NCBI RefSeq assembly: GCF_001194135.2
Contig: NC_068982.1
Location: 155,171,505-155,235,504 of the forward strand
Length of the DNA: 64,000 nucleotides
Reading direction: 5' to 3'
DNA from: Octopus bimaculoides
Taxonomy: Eukaryota
The translations under genes were made by a program, and so were the position numbers. The notes beneath the pieces were generated by a model. That model searched no databases and was not told the DNA's origin. It saw only the letters and a list, made by a program, of their open reading frames with translations. Shown piece by piece: positions 63,191 through 64,000 of the stretch (position 1 is the first letter of the stretch; each line of letters opens with the position of its first letter).

Positions 63191-64000
63191 CTTTATTAGA
63201 CAGTAGAAAGGCTAAGTGGGTGGCAGTCTCATGAATCCATTAGTGAATGTAAACAATTAGAATAATTGTTTATTACAGCTGAGTGCACTTCCTACTAAAG
63301 ACTAAATAGTCATGGAGTATGCTCAAAGTGAAATTTTTAACCAGTCACACAATCTAGAACAAAAGGAGTTATGTGTTGCTCAATACAATTTAAGCTTATG
63401 ATCATGATGTCAGTGGTCCAATGTCATAACCACCAAACAAAAAGCCTTGAAGTATTTAGTTACTTAATATTCTTGAGTTCAAATCCTGCTGTGGTCAACT
63501 TTGCATTTCATCCGTCTGCGATCAATAAAACAAAGTATCAGTCAAGTAGAAGGGTTGATTTTTTTTCATCTAAACAACCCAATCAAATGGTTGGCCTTAT
63601 GTATATGTATAAAAAAATTTTATTATTAAATGGGATGATAAATTAGAAGGATCAAAACAAAAAATACCTTGTGGTATTTAGTTATGTCCCCTTTACTTTC
63701 TGAGCTCAAAAAGAATTACAGCGTGATGTGCTGCTTGACTGGTCCCCCCTCTCTCTCTCTCTCTCTTTATATATATATATGATGATGATGATGATGATAT
63801 ACATGTATATATAAATCTGTAGTACATTGAGAGAAATTCCAGAAATGGAATGCTTTTTTGTAAAATTTATATATAAAATCAAAAAATTTGCAAGCTCCAT
63901 GAACTGTGTACATGGATATTAATGAACCATTCATACTCACTCTCCCAACTACTTATATGTGTGGGTAGTCTACTCGTGGTTTGATGTTCAAATTTCAGTC

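Noticed and set aside
63941-64000. Candidate EAF exon 2 ending at a GTGAGT donor
   Set aside because: The only open frame (LKFEHQTTSRLPTHISSWE) is not EAF-like and ends in phase 1, whereas the next exon needs phase 0.

Overview
AT-rich animal genomic DNA with six N gaps. The repeat landscape resembles that of Octopus (inference, not verified). Three spliced genes can be reconstructed by hand, with consistent splice phases. (1) A NOL8-like RRM gene on + (6 exons, 2043-12666, 453 aa) that stops well short of a canonical NOL8. (2) A complete FIG4/Sac3 PI(3,5)P2 phosphatase on - (23 exons, 47011-13889, 923 aa, intact CVDCLDRT motif), convergent with NOL8. (3) The 3' four exons of an ELL-associated factor (EAF1/2) on - (62575-55848). 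Both complete genes carry a minor-spliceosome (U12) intron: AT-AC in NOL8 and a non-canonical AT-AG in FIG4. The rest is transposon-derived: about 20 copies of a (GAT)n-tailed RTE-type retroposon end, RTE endonuclease/RT relics, tRNA-derived SINEs, mariner relics and MITEs. There are also several long foldbacks: one with a telomere-like core, and two in a single EAF intron. No CRISPR, rRNA or true tRNA gene is supported. Comparisons with human proteins are from memory and need database confirmation.
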